Below, piece by piece: positions 29,012-38,448 of a DNA stretch of 64,000 bases (position 1 is the stretch's first letter; each line of letters opens with the position of its first letter). The stretch is from Endomicrobiales bacterium (GTDB lineage Bacteria; Elusimicrobiota; Endomicrobiia; Endomicrobiales; JALOBY01): the NCBI GenBank assembly GCA_963796955.1, contig CAWCNJ010000008.1:64001-128000 (forward strand), in the 5' to 3' direction. The position numbers were made by a program, and so were the translations under genes. The notes beneath the pieces are model-generated. The model saw only the letters and a program-made list of their open reading frames with translations. It was not told the origin of the DNA and made no database searches.

Positions 29012-31606
29012 ATGTCCAAAGACCTGTTCGACTTCGAAACAGAAAAGTTTACCGCCAGAAACCCCAAATCCTACATAGTTGTCCCATCCCTTCCCGAAAA
29101 ACTTAAGCCGGTCATGGAAATTGCGTATAACCTGTGGTGGGTCTGGAACAGCGATGCCCTGGAATTGTTCCGCCGCATGGACCGCGATGTCTGGGAAACC
29201 AGTTACCACAACCCCATTCAAATGCTTGGTTCCATAAGCCAGGAACGCCTGCAGCAGCTGGCTGAGGACGACAGCTTCCTTGCCCATCTTGACAGGATAC
29301 ACGGCAACCTGAGCCGGTACATGAAAATGCAGACCTGGTTCAATAAGGAATACCCTGAGTCTAAGGATAAAACATTCGCGTATTTTTCCACCGAATTCGG
29401 TCTGCATGAATCGCTGCCTATTTATTCAGGCGGCCTTGGCATTCTTTCCGGCGACCACCTTAAATCGGCCAGCGACATGGGCCTTCCTCTTGTCGGTATG
29501 GGGCTGTTGTACCGCTTCGGTTACTTTAAACAATACCTGAATGTCGACGGCTGGCAGCAGGAAGATTATATTGAGAACCATTTCAATTTATTGCCGTTAC
29601 AGCGTGTTACAGGCTCCGACGGTAAACAGTTGGTCATATCCATTGAATATCCTGAGAGCACGGTGTCGGCCCGTATCTGGAAAGTGCAGGTCGGCCGTAT
29701 CCCGTTATACTTGCTTGATACCGATATAGACCTTAACCGTACGGAAGACCGCGACATAACCGGCCAGTTGTACGGCGGCGATAAAGAAATGCGCATCAAA
29801 CAGGAAATAATGCTGGGTATCGGCGGAACACGCGCCCTGCAGGCGATGGGTATAGAGCCGACCGTCGTCCATATCAACGAAGGGCATTCAGCATTCCTGC
29901 TGCTTGAAAAGATCCGGGTTGAGATGGAAAGTAAGCATGTCTCGTTCGCGGAAGCGGTTGCGTTGGTGAAGCCTTCCTGCGTTTTTACGACCCACACTCC
30001 GGTGCCGGCAGGCAATGAAGTTTTCTCTCTCGATCTGATAGACAGATATTTTTCTAAATATTATAAATCGCTCGGACTGAAGAAAGAGGAATTTCTCGCT
30101 CTGGGCAGGATATCGCCGGAAAATGAAAAAGAACCGTTTTGTATGACGGTGATAGCCCTGAAACTTACCGGCCACGCGAACGGCGTAAGCGTTCTCCACG
30201 GCACCATCTCCCGCGATATGTGGAAAGATATATGGCCTGAGATCCCGCGTTCCGAGATACCTATTACTTCTATAACCAACGGCATTCATGCGAACACCTG
30301 GATATCCTACGAGCTGGCGGGGTTGTTTGACCGCTACCTGGGAAGCACGTGGAAAGATGAGCCTGAGGATCAATCCATCTGGCAGCGCATCGAGCAGATA
30401 CCCGATGCGGAGATTTGGCGCAGCCACGAACGCAGGCGTGAGCGGCTGGTTTCCTTTGCCCGTCAGCGGTTAAAAGAACAGCTGCTGCGACGCGGCGCTT
30501 CGCCCAACGAAGTGAAATTTGCCGACGAAGTTCTTGACCCGGAAGCCCTAACGATCGGATTCGCCAGGCGCTTTGCGTCCTATAAGCGCGGCACACTATT
30601 GTTCAAAGACTATAACCGTATCAAGGCTCTGCTCGGTCAGAAGAACCGTCCCGTTCAACTTATCATTGCCGGTAAATCTCACCCGAACGATAACCTGGGC
30701 AAGGAATTGATCAGACAGATAATCCATATTTGCAACGATCCTGATATGCGCCACAAAGTCGTTTTCCTGGAAGATTATGATATGAACGTGGCCCATTACC
30801 TTGTTCAGGGTTCAGATATCTGGCTTAATAACCCGCGCCGTCCTCTGGAGGCTTCCGGCACCAGCGGCATGAAGGCCGCGGTCAACGGAGTCATGAATTT
30901 CAGCGTGCTCGACGGCTGGTGGTGCGAAGGCTACAAGGGCGATACCGGCTGGGCGATAGGCGCCGGCGAGGAATATTCGGATCAGGGCTATCAGGATGAA
31001 GTGGAAAGTAAGGCGATCTACAACATTCTTGAGAGCGATATCGTACCGATGTTCTACCAGCGCGGACAGGATGGTTTGCCGAGAGAATGGATCAGCAAAA
31101 TGAAGCGTTCCATGATGACGATCTGCCCGATCTTCAATTCCAACCGCATGATCGAAGAATATACACGTCTGTTCTATATGCCCTCGCAGAACGACCACGC
31201 TACCATGGAAGCGAATAACGGACAGGCCGCGAAAACATTTGCCGCCTGGAAAAAGACGCTTGAAGATTCCTGGAAAAACGTGAAAGTCTCGGAAGTAAGC
31301 GATGATTACACGGGTGACCTGAAACTGGGTAACGGTTTCACCGTTAAAGCAAAGATCGCGCTCGGCAACATAAAGCCGGACGATGTCAATGTCGAAATAT
31401 ATTTCGGCAACCTTGATTCGAAGAACCGTCTGCAAAGCGCCAAAGCGAAAAAGATGTCGCTGGTAGAAACGGTATCGAACGGCGTCTATGTTTTTGAGGG
31501 AAAAGTAGAAGGCGACCGTATCGGCCATTGCGGCTACGTGGTACGCGTCCTCGCCCAGCGTGACGGCAAGTCACTGTTCATCCCCGGCCTGGTAGCTTGG
31601 CAGTAA
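29012..31606 (+). CDS. glgP: Alpha-glucan (glycogen/maltodextrin) phosphorylase
   Basis: YSGGLGILSGDHLKSASD, HINEGH, FARRFASYKR, EASGTSGMKA (PLP lysine). Confidence 0.96.
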   Translation: MSKDLFDFETEKFTARNPKSYIVVPSLPEKLKPVMEIAYNLWWVWNSDALELFRRMDRDVWETSYHNPIQMLGSISQERLQQLAEDDSFLAHLDRIHGNLSRYMKMQTWFNKEYPESKDKTFAYFSTEFGLHESLPIYSGGLGILSGDHLKSASDMGLPLVGMGLLYRFGYFKQYLNVDGWQQEDYIENHFNLLPLQRVTGSDGKQLVISIEYPESTVSARIWKVQVGRIPLYLLDTDIDLNRTEDRDITGQLYGGDKEMRIKQEIMLGIGGTRALQAMGIEPTVVHINEGHSAFLLLEKIRVEMESKHVSFAEAVALVKPSCVFTTHTPVPAGNEVFSLDLIDRYFSKYYKSLGLKKEEFLALGRISPENEKEPFCMTVIALKLTGHANGVSVLHGTISRDMWKDIWPEIPRSEIPITSITNGIHANTWISYELAGLFDRYLGSTWKDEPEDQSIWQRIEQIPDAEIWRSHERRRERLVSFARQRLKEQLLRRGASPNEVKFADEVLDPEALTIGFARRFASYKRGTLLFKDYNRIKALLGQKNRPVQLIIAGKSHPNDNLGKELIRQIIHICNDPDMRHKVVFLEDYDMNVAHYLVQGSDIWLNNPRRPLEASGTSGMKAAVNGVMNFSVLDGWWCEGYKGDTGWAIGAGEEYSDQGYQDEVESKAIYNILESDIVPMFYQRGQDGLPREWISKMKRSMMTICPIFNSNRMIEEYTRLFYMPSQNDHATMEANNGQAAKTFAAWKKTLEDSWKNVKVSEVSDDYTGDLKLGNGFTVKAKIALGNIKPDDVNVEIYFGNLDSKNRLQSAKAKKMSLVETVSNGVYVFEGKVEGDRIGHCGYVVRVLAQRDGKSLFIPGLVAWQ

Positions 31607-31610
31607 GAAA

Positions 31611-31639
31611 TTGACATTTCCGTTGTTTTTTCGTATATT
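31611..31639 (+). promoter_or_regulatory. sigma70 promoter (TTGACA-N17-TATATT) for tRNA-Cys/tRNA-Val
   Basis: TTGACA 31611-31616, TATATT 31634-31639. Confidence 0.75.
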
Positions 31640-31650
31640 CTGTCTTCAAC

Positions 31651-31722
31651 GGCGTGGTACCCAAGTGGTAAGGGAGAGGTCTGCAAAACCTTTATGCGCG
31701 AGTTCAACTCTCGCCCACGCCT
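31651..31722 (+). tRNA. tRNA-Cys(GCA), CCA not encoded
   Basis: GGCGTGG/CCACGCC acceptor, anticodon loop CTGCAAA, U discriminator. Confidence 0.95.
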
Positions 31723-31736
31723 ACCTTTTTAGTTGA

Positions 31737-31813
31737 GCCCGGTTAGCTCAGTTGGTTAGAGTACTTCCTTGACATGGAAGGGGTCACAGGTTCGAGTCCT
31801 GTATCGGGCACCA
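31737..31813 (+). tRNA. tRNA-Val(GAC)
   Basis: GCCCGGT/ATCGGGC acceptor, CTTCC-TTGACAT-GGAAG anticodon arm, GGTTCGAGTCC, encoded CCA. Confidence 0.96.
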
Positions 31814-31825
31814 AATATAAGCTGC

Positions 31826-31855
31826 AAATACCTTCCTGAGGGAAGGTATTTTTTT
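31826..31855 (+). terminator. Intrinsic terminator after tRNA-Val
   Basis: AAATACCTTCC-TGAG-GGAAGGTATTT followed by a T run. Confidence 0.8.
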
Positions 31856-31866
31856 AGGAGAATCAC

Positions 31867-33612
31867 ATGGCTGATGCGATAAAAGATGTTTCAATCCTAA
31901 GGCATTCCACGGCCCATATCCTTGCGGCGGCGGTCGTCGAACTTTTTCCTGAAACCAAGGTCGCAATAGGACCGTCAATAGAAGACGGTTTTTATTATGA
32001 TTTTGACCGGCCCGTCCCCTTCACTCCTGAAGACCTTGTAGCGATCGAAAAAAAGATGAAGGAGATCTCCAAGAGTAATCTTCCTTTCAAACGTTCCGAG
32101 CATTCCAAAGAAGAAGCACTCGCCTTATTCAAAAGCAAAGGCGAAAAATATAAGGTTGAGCTGATAGAAGCGATACCCGACCAGACGGTAACCTATTATG
32201 AGACCGGCAATTTTCTGGATCTGTGCCGGGGGCCTCATGTTCGCTACTCAACGGAAGTAAAACACTTTAAATTGATGTCCATAGCCGGCGCCTACTGGCG
32301 CGGTGATGAAAAGCGCGAACAGCTGCAGCGTATATACGGCACTGCCTTCTATACAAAAGAAGAATTAGAAGCCTATCTCACCCGTCTGGAAGAAGCAAAG
32401 AAACGCGACCACCGTAAGGTAGGAAAAGAACTCGATCTATTCTCAACTGCCGAGGAAGTGGGCCCCGGCCTTGTTATGTGGCATCCCAAAGGCGGCCGCA
32501 TTCGCGTGGCTATAGAAGATTTCTGGCGCTCTGAGCACCTTGCGAACGGTTATGAAATAGTCTTTACGCCGCATATCGGTCGCGGCAATTTGTGGGAGAC
32601 CAGCGGTCATCTGGGTTTTTATAAAGAGAATATGTATTCGGAAATGAAGGTTGACGGGCAGGATTACTACGCCAAGCCCATGAATTGTCCCTTCCACATA
32701 ATGATCTATAAGAACACGTTGTACTCATACCGTGACCTGCCGCTGCGCTGGGCGGAGCTGGGCACGGTATACCGGTATGAAAAAAGCGGTGTGCTGCACG
32801 GGTTGATGCGGGTACGCGGTTTTACTCAGGATGACGCGCACATATTTTGCCGTCCCGACCAGATGCCGGACGAGATACGGCGGGTCCTGCGTTTCTGTCT
32901 TACCATATTGAATGCTTTCGGTTTCAAGGAATATTCTTTTTACGTCGCGACCAAGCCGAAGGAAAAATCCGTCGGCGATCCGGCCCTGTGGGAAGCGGCA
33001 ACCGCCGCTCTTCAGGAAGCGGTTAAGGCCGAAGGACTGACGTGTGAGATAGACGAAGGCGGCGGCGCTTTTTATGGACCAAAGATAGACATTAAGATCA
33101 AAGATGCCCTGAACCGCGAATGGCAATGTTCCACGATACAGTTCGACTTCAATGAGCCGGAACGCTTTGATATGACCTATGTCGATCACGAGGGGAACAA
33201 AGTTCGGCCCTATATGATCCACCGCGCCCTTATGGGCTCGCTGGAGCGTTTCTTCGGCATACTGATAGAGCATTATGCCGGCGCCTTTCCCATGTGGCTT
33301 GCGCCGGTGCAGGTTACCATTCTTAATATAACCGATGCCCAGGCGGCTTATGCCAAAGGCGTATTGGCGGCTCTTACTGCCGCGGGTATCCGCGCGCAAT
33401 TTGACGACAGGAACGAAAAGATCGGTTTCAAGATCCGTGAAGCGACTATGCAAAAAATACCGTATATGCTTGTTATCGGTGACAAAGAAGTTGCCGCTTC
33501 AACCGTCGCAGTTCGCGCCCGTAACGGGAAGGACCTTGGCGCTCTGCCCCTAGACAAGGTTGTTGCACTTTTCCAGGCTGAGATCGCCAGGCGTGAAGCT
33601 CAGGCATTGTAA
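31867..33612 (+). CDS. thrS: Threonine--tRNA ligase
   Basis: [43 protein letters not shown]. Confidence 0.98.
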   Translation: MADAIKDVSILRHSTAHILAAAVVELFPETKVAIGPSIEDGFYYDFDRPVPFTPEDLVAIEKKMKEISKSNLPFKRSEHSKEEALALFKSKGEKYKVELIEAIPDQTVTYYETGNFLDLCRGPHVRYSTEVKHFKLMSIAGAYWRGDEKREQLQRIYGTAFYTKEELEAYLTRLEEAKKRDHRKVGKELDLFSTAEEVGPGLVMWHPKGGRIRVAIEDFWRSEHLANGYEIVFTPHIGRGNLWETSGHLGFYKENMYSEMKVDGQDYYAKPMNCPFHIMIYKNTLYSYRDLPLRWAELGTVYRYEKSGVLHGLMRVRGFTQDDAHIFCRPDQMPDEIRRVLRFCLTILNAFGFKEYSFYVATKPKEKSVGDPALWEAATAALQEAVKAEGLTCEIDEGGGAFYGPKIDIKIKDALNREWQCSTIQFDFNEPERFDMTYVDHEGNKVRPYMIHRALMGSLERFFGILIEHYAGAFPMWLAPVQVTILNITDAQAAYAKGVLAALTAAGIRAQFDDRNEKIGFKIREATMQKIPYMLVIGDKEVAASTVAVRARNGKDLGALPLDKVVALFQAEIARREAQAL

Positions 33613-33619
33613 AAAATCG

Positions 33620-33648
33620 TTGACTTGAGTTCAGTATTGTTGTAGAAT
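33620..33648 (+). promoter_or_regulatory. sigma70 promoter of the infC operon (TTGACT-N17-TAGAAT)
   Basis: Hexamers at 33620-33625 and 33643-33648. Confidence 0.7.
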
Positions 33649-33655
33649 CTTATAA

Positions 33656-33770
33656 CTAATAAAGAAGCCATCCCGGCTCACCTCAACCGTATCAGGGAAG
33701 AGGTTACGAAAATATCATTATATTTTTCCGATCAAGGGATGGCATCATTATGCCGTCTTATTTTTTTTGT
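33656..33770 (+). promoter_or_regulatory. L20-leader-like attenuator upstream of infC-rpmI-rplT
   Basis: AGAAGCCATCCCGGCTCACCT 5' motif; GCCATCCC (33667-33674) pairs with GGGATGGC (33736-33743), competing with terminator GATGGCAT-CATT-ATGCCGTC + T8. Confidence 0.75.
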
Positions 33771-33808
33771 TCTATTCTATTCACCATTGGTGAAAAGGGA
33801 GGCCCGCC

Positions 33809-34330
33809 GTAGATAAAAAACTTCGCATTAACCACCAGATCAGGGTTCCTCAAGTCCGTTTGATCGCAGAAGATGGTGCACAGCTGGGTGTGAACACGAT
33901 ACAGGATGCGCTGCGCATAGCGCAGGAACAGGGCAAGGACCTGGTAGAGATCGCGCCGCTTGCGACACCGCCCGTTTGTAAAATAATCGACTTTTCAAAA
34001 CTGAAGTACGAGATGGAAAAAAAGGCCCGCGAGGCGAAAAAGAAACAGAAAGCCACGCATCTTAAAGAGATCAGGCTGCGCCCGAAGATCGGCGAGCATG
34101 ACCTTATCATAAAGATCAATCACGCCAGGGAGTTCATTGAAGCTGGCGATAAAGTGCAGGTAAGCGTTATGTTCATGGGCCGCGAGAACCAGCACCGCGA
34201 CCTGGGCCATGTGCTTGCCAAACGCATTATAGAAATGCTTTCGGATGTTGCCCTGGTGGAAAGAAACCCGCAGCAGTTCGGCAACCGTCTGATAATGTAT
34301 CTTATCCCGAAAAAGAGCGTAAAAGTATAA
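33809..34330 (+). CDS. infC: Translation initiation factor IF-3 with non-canonical start (probably GTA at 33809)
   Basis: Frame reads (V)DKKLRINHQIRVPQVRLI...DLVEIAP...PPVCKIIDF...KEIRLRPKIGEHD; GGGAGG SD 6 nt before GTA; in-frame TGA at 33791. Confidence 0.93.
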   Translation, partial: VDKKLRINHQIRVPQVRLIAEDGAQLGVNTIQDALRIAQEQGKDLVEIAPLATPPVCKIIDFSKLKYEMEKKAREAKKKQKATHLKEIRLRPKIGEHDLIIKINHAREFIEAGDKVQVSVMFMGRENQHRDLGHVLAKRIIEMLSDVALVERNPQQFGNRLIMYLIPKKSVKV

Positions 34331-34365
34331 TCGATGCGATAATCGCAAATCCCAAGGAGCAATGT

Positions 34366-34563
34366 ATGCCAAAGATCAAAACGCATAGCGGTGCTAAGAA
34401 ACGTTTCAAGGTCACAAAAAGCGGTAAAGTAAAGCATAAGATCCAGGGTCAGCGTCATTTGCTTGCCGGCGACAGCGGTAATTACGGCAGAAAGATGCGC
34501 CGTAGCAGGGTGCTTGGAAAAATGGCCGCCAAAGTTATAAAGAAAATGATGCCGTATGCGTAA
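34366..34563 (+). CDS. rpmI: 50S ribosomal protein L35
   Basis: MPKIKTHSGAKKRFKVT. Confidence 0.97.
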   Translation: MPKIKTHSGAKKRFKVTKSGKVKHKIQGQRHLLAGDSGNYGRKMRRSRVLGKMAAKVIKKMMPYA

Positions 34564-34591
34564 TGCCTAAACTATATCCCAGGAGTATATC

Positions 34592-34972
34592 ATGAGAGCA
34601 AAAAGTGTAGTCGCGACAAGACAAAAAAAGAAAAAATACTTTAGGATGGCCAAAGGCTATTACGCCACCAAGAAGAACCGCTGGCGCATGACCATTCAGC
34701 AGCTTGAAAAGTCAATGCGGTATATGTACGAAGGCCGTAAAGATAAAAAAGGCGACTACCGTACCATGTGGATCATGCGCCTGAACGCCGCTTCCCGTGA
34801 ATGCGGTTTGTCATACAGCAGATTGATCGCCGGCTTGAAAAAGGCCAACATCACGATAGACCGCAAGGTTCTCTCGGAGATCGCGATCCGCGACAATGAA
34901 GCCTTCAAGAAAATAGCCGAGATAGCGAAAGCCGCGCACCCGGCCCCGGTAAAAAAAGCCGTACAAGCCTAA
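34592..34972 (+). CDS. rplT: 50S ribosomal protein L20
   Basis: AKGYY, WIMRLNAASR, IDRKVLSEIA; position after rpmI. Confidence 0.96.
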   Translation: MRAKSVVATRQKKKKYFRMAKGYYATKKNRWRMTIQQLEKSMRYMYEGRKDKKGDYRTMWIMRLNAASRECGLSYSRLIAGLKKANITIDRKVLSEIAIRDNEAFKKIAEIAKAAHPAPVKKAVQA

Positions 34973-34985
34973 TATATACGACTAT

Positions 34986-35031
34986 TCCGGGCTGGCCCCG
35001 CTCAGCGGAGTCAGCCCGGATACTAATTTTT
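34986..35031 (+). terminator. Hairpin/terminator after rplT
   Basis: TCCGGGCTGGCCCCGCT/AGCGGAGTCAGCCCGGA stem followed by AT-rich tail. Confidence 0.6.
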
Positions 35032-35048
35032 AAGGTTCAAGGAACATT

Positions 35049-36071
35049 ATGAGCATTAATCTCACACCGCTGAGGGAACAGGCGATAGAGCAATTATCGA
35101 AAGCGGTCGCCGCGGAAGAAGTGGAAGCCATTAAAGTGCATTTTCTCGGCCGCAAAGGCCGGATCACGGATATATTAAAAAGTCTGTCCTCGCTTCCTAT
35201 AGATGAACGCAAATCTGTCGGTGAAACCACCAACCTTCTCAGGGCCGAACTGACCGGCCTTATAGAACAAAAACTCCTGTCAATTAACGTTTCTTCCTTG
35301 AATGAAAAGCTGAAGAAAGAAAAAATAGATATCTTCCTGCCGCCCTATCCCGTTGATAGAGGGCATTTACACCCTATACGCCATACGCTGGATGAGATCA
35401 CAGAGATCTTTAAAGCCATAGGATTTTCGATAGCAGATGGTCCCGAGATCGAGAATGATTGGTATAATTTTGAAGCGCTGAATATTCCGGCCGATCACCC
35501 GGCCAGAGATTCGCAGGACACCTTCTTTTTAGAAAACGGCAAGAACCTGCTGCGTACGCACACCTCTCCGGTACAGGTGCGCACGATGGAAAAACAACAG
35601 CCGCCCCTGCGTATCATAGCCCCCGGCCGCGTCTTTAGGAATGAAGCGACCGATGCGACGCATTCGGCGGTATTTCATCAGGTAGAAGGACTGGCCGTCG
35701 GCGAAGGCATTACATTCGCCGATCTGAAGGGTACGTTGACCCATTTTATCAGGCGTTATTTTGGCTCGAACGTTGGGTTCAGGTTCAGACCTTCGCATTT
35801 TCAGTTCACCGAGCCTTCCGCCGAGGTTGATATACAATGTATGCTGTGCGGCGGCCTTGGCTGCCGTGTCTGCAAGGGTTCCGGCTGGCTTGAAATGCTG
35901 GGATGCGGCATGGTGCATCCGAACGTTCTGACTGCCGTGAAGTATGATACCGAAAAATATACCGGCTTCGCCTTCGGCATGGGCGTGGAACGCCTGACGA
36001 TGTTCAAGTATGGCATAGAAGATATACGATTGTTCTATGAGAACGACCTTCACTTTCTGGAGCAATTCTAA
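35049..36071 (+). CDS. pheS: Phenylalanine--tRNA ligase alpha subunit
   Basis: HPARDSQDTF, LRTHTSPVQ, FHQVEGL, FQFTEPSAE, GFAFGMGVERL. Confidence 0.98.
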   Translation: MSINLTPLREQAIEQLSKAVAAEEVEAIKVHFLGRKGRITDILKSLSSLPIDERKSVGETTNLLRAELTGLIEQKLLSINVSSLNEKLKKEKIDIFLPPYPVDRGHLHPIRHTLDEITEIFKAIGFSIADGPEIENDWYNFEALNIPADHPARDSQDTFFLENGKNLLRTHTSPVQVRTMEKQQPPLRIIAPGRVFRNEATDATHSAVFHQVEGLAVGEGITFADLKGTLTHFIRRYFGSNVGFRFRPSHFQFTEPSAEVDIQCMLCGGLGCRVCKGSGWLEMLGCGMVHPNVLTAVKYDTEKYTGFAFGMGVERLTMFKYGIEDIRLFYENDLHFLEQF

Positions 36072-38435
36072 ATGAAATTATCATATAACTGGCTTAAAGA
36101 ACTGGTGAAATTTGATCTGAAACCGGAGGAGTTGGCGAATGTGCTGACGAATCAGGGGCTGGAAACCGGCATCGCAAGCCAAACCGGCGCCTGGACGAAT
36201 GTGGTCACCGCGAAGGTATTGCAAACAGAAAAGCATCCTAATGCCGATAAACTGCGGCTGTGTACCCTTACTGACGGAACCGCACAATATTCGCTGGTAT
36301 GCGGCGCTGCCAATGTTGCCGCCGGTCAGACGGTGGCTCTGGCGAAGCTTGGCGCAGTCCTGCCCGGGGATTTTAAGATCGAGCGCAGAAAGATTCGGGG
36401 CGTGGAATCCGAGGGGATGATCTGCTCGGAAAAAGAACTCGGTATGGCGGAAGAATCAGAAGGTATCATGGTGCTGCCTGAGGGAACCCCGCTTGGCCGG
36501 CTGCTTGAAGAGTTGACCGGCGGTGTGGATACGATCCTTAACGTAGAAATAACAACGAACCGCGCCGATTGCCTGAGCCACTGGGGCATAGCTCGCGAGA
36601 TAGCTGCCCATGTTCGTGAAAATGTAAAACTCCCCGATATACATACACACGCCGTTACTGAAAGCGTGCCGGTGTCAATAGTTGAGACGCAATTGTGCCG
36701 GCGCTACATTGGCTACCGTATCACCGGTGTGAAAGTCGGCCCTTCGCCAGACTGGATGGTACGCCGCCTCAGGAACTGCGGTTTTCGCTCCGTCAATAAC
36801 ATCGTCGATATCACGAATTTCGTCATGATTGAATTGGGACATCCTCTGCATGCCTTTGACATAGACTGCCTTAACGGCAGGAAGATCATCGTGCGTCGTG
36901 CAAAAGATGGGGAAAAGATAAAGGCCCTGGACAGCAAAGAATACACGCTCAATGATTCTATCCTTGTTATCGCCGATGACAATAAACCCGTTGCTATCGC
37001 GGGCGTCATGGGCGGTGAAACCTGCGGTATATCCGATAAAACAGCCACCGTGCTGCTGGAAAGCGCGGTCTTCAATCCTGTCGTCATAAGGCGCGCCTCC
37101 AAAAAACTGAACATTTCTTCCGAATCCTCATATCGTTTCGAGCGCAGTGTTTCCTGGGACGGTGCAGAACTTGCCGCACGCCGGGCCGCCGACCTTATGA
37201 TCAGGCTGGCCGGGGGGACCATTGAAGCCATCACTGATGAGATCGCAAGCCCTGATGTTAAAACGATCGTTAAACTACGTCATAGCCGGGTAAAGGCGCT
37301 GCTTGGCCTTGATATTCCTCTTGATGTCTGCAAGGAGATATTATCATGTCTTGGGTTGCGTGTCTCTGAAGCCGCGGGAACTATTACAGCCACTATCCCT
37401 TCATGGCGTCACGATCTTTCGCAGGAAGTTGACCTGATCGAAGAAGTGGCGCGCGTGTATGGTTATTCCAATATACCCGCGAATGTGCTCGCCCATATCC
37501 CTGAAAACATACACATCTCGTGCGCCGAAAGCCTTGAGACGAAGCTGCGCCGTTCCCTTGCGTCAAAAGGTTATTTTGAGGCGATGAACTACAGTTTCAC
37601 GAGCGAGGCCCAGGTAACCAGATACGGCCTGGCAGTCTCACATAAACTCTCTAATCCTCTTTCTCGCGATCACGAGGCGATGCGCCCATCGTTGATCAGC
37701 GGTCTCATGACGAACTTTGAACATAACCGCGCTCTTGGGCACCGGTCGGTGAAGCTGTTCGAGACCGGCAGAACGTTTTCCGCCACGGGTGAGCGCTCGG
37801 TGCTTGGGTTGCTGGCCTACGGCAATATCTGGCCGGAATGGTGGAAATATGAATCTTCCCGGATCGCTATTCCTTCGGCGGATTATTATTATCTGGCAGG
37901 AATCATAACCTCACTTTTCAACGGCAATAAAGTCGAATTTATGACCACTGATAAGGTCGTCCCCTATCTGCACCCGGGCAAAAGCGCTGAGGTTGCTATC
38001 AACGGAAATACGGTGGGGCATCTCGGTGTTGTCCACCCGGCCTATTGCAAAGAGCAGGACCAGGAAATAATTTACGCGGAACTGGATATGGACAAGATCA
38101 GGAATGCCGTGACCACAGGCACCGTAAAATATGCCCCGATCAAGCGCTTCCCGCCGGTTAAGCGGGATCTTTCGCTGATCGCGGAAAAGTCGTTGTCATT
38201 CGACAAAGTATTGTCCTTCATAGAAAAAGCAAAGCGCAATTCTGTGACGCTTGAAGATGCCCGGTTATTCTCCGTTTTCGAAGGAGAGAAGATCGGTGCT
38301 GATAAGATCAGCTACGCCCTGCACCTTACCTTCCGGCACGCCGAACATACGCTTGCGGATGTCGAGATAAACAGCGAAGTAGAGCGCCTGCTTAACGGCT
38401 TAAAAGCCGATCTCGGTATTACCCTTCGAACTTAG
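36072..38435 (+). CDS. pheT: Phenylalanine--tRNA ligase beta subunit
   Basis: HPNADKL, RGVESEGMICS, NRADCLS, DLIEEVARVYGY, C-terminal FDX-ACB domain. Confidence 0.97.
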   Translation: MKLSYNWLKELVKFDLKPEELANVLTNQGLETGIASQTGAWTNVVTAKVLQTEKHPNADKLRLCTLTDGTAQYSLVCGAANVAAGQTVALAKLGAVLPGDFKIERRKIRGVESEGMICSEKELGMAEESEGIMVLPEGTPLGRLLEELTGGVDTILNVEITTNRADCLSHWGIAREIAAHVRENVKLPDIHTHAVTESVPVSIVETQLCRRYIGYRITGVKVGPSPDWMVRRLRNCGFRSVNNIVDITNFVMIELGHPLHAFDIDCLNGRKIIVRRAKDGEKIKALDSKEYTLNDSILVIADDNKPVAIAGVMGGETCGISDKTATVLLESAVFNPVVIRRASKKLNISSESSYRFERSVSWDGAELAARRAADLMIRLAGGTIEAITDEIASPDVKTIVKLRHSRVKALLGLDIPLDVCKEILSCLGLRVSEAAGTITATIPSWRHDLSQEVDLIEEVARVYGYSNIPANVLAHIPENIHISCAESLETKLRRSLASKGYFEAMNYSFTSEAQVTRYGLAVSHKLSNPLSRDHEAMRPSLISGLMTNFEHNRALGHRSVKLFETGRTFSATGERSVLGLLAYGNIWPEWWKYESSRIAIPSADYYYLAGIITSLFNGNKVEFMTTDKVVPYLHPGKSAEVAINGNTVGHLGVVHPAYCKEQDQEIIYAELDMDKIRNAVTTGTVKYAPIKRFPPVKRDLSLIAEKSLSFDKVLSFIEKAKRNSVTLEDARLFSVFEGEKIGADKISYALHLTFRHAEHTLADVEINSEVERLLNGLKADLGITLRT

Positions 38436-38448
38436 TATACTACAAGTC

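Noticed and set aside
28605..31813. Prophage or genomic island integrated at the tRNAs
   Set aside because: No integrase or phage genes; flanks are housekeeping and only an 11-nt tRNA repeat is present.
33860..34330. ORF-track TTG start for infC
   Set aside because: It would delete the conserved RIN..IR...VRL N-terminus and has no SD.
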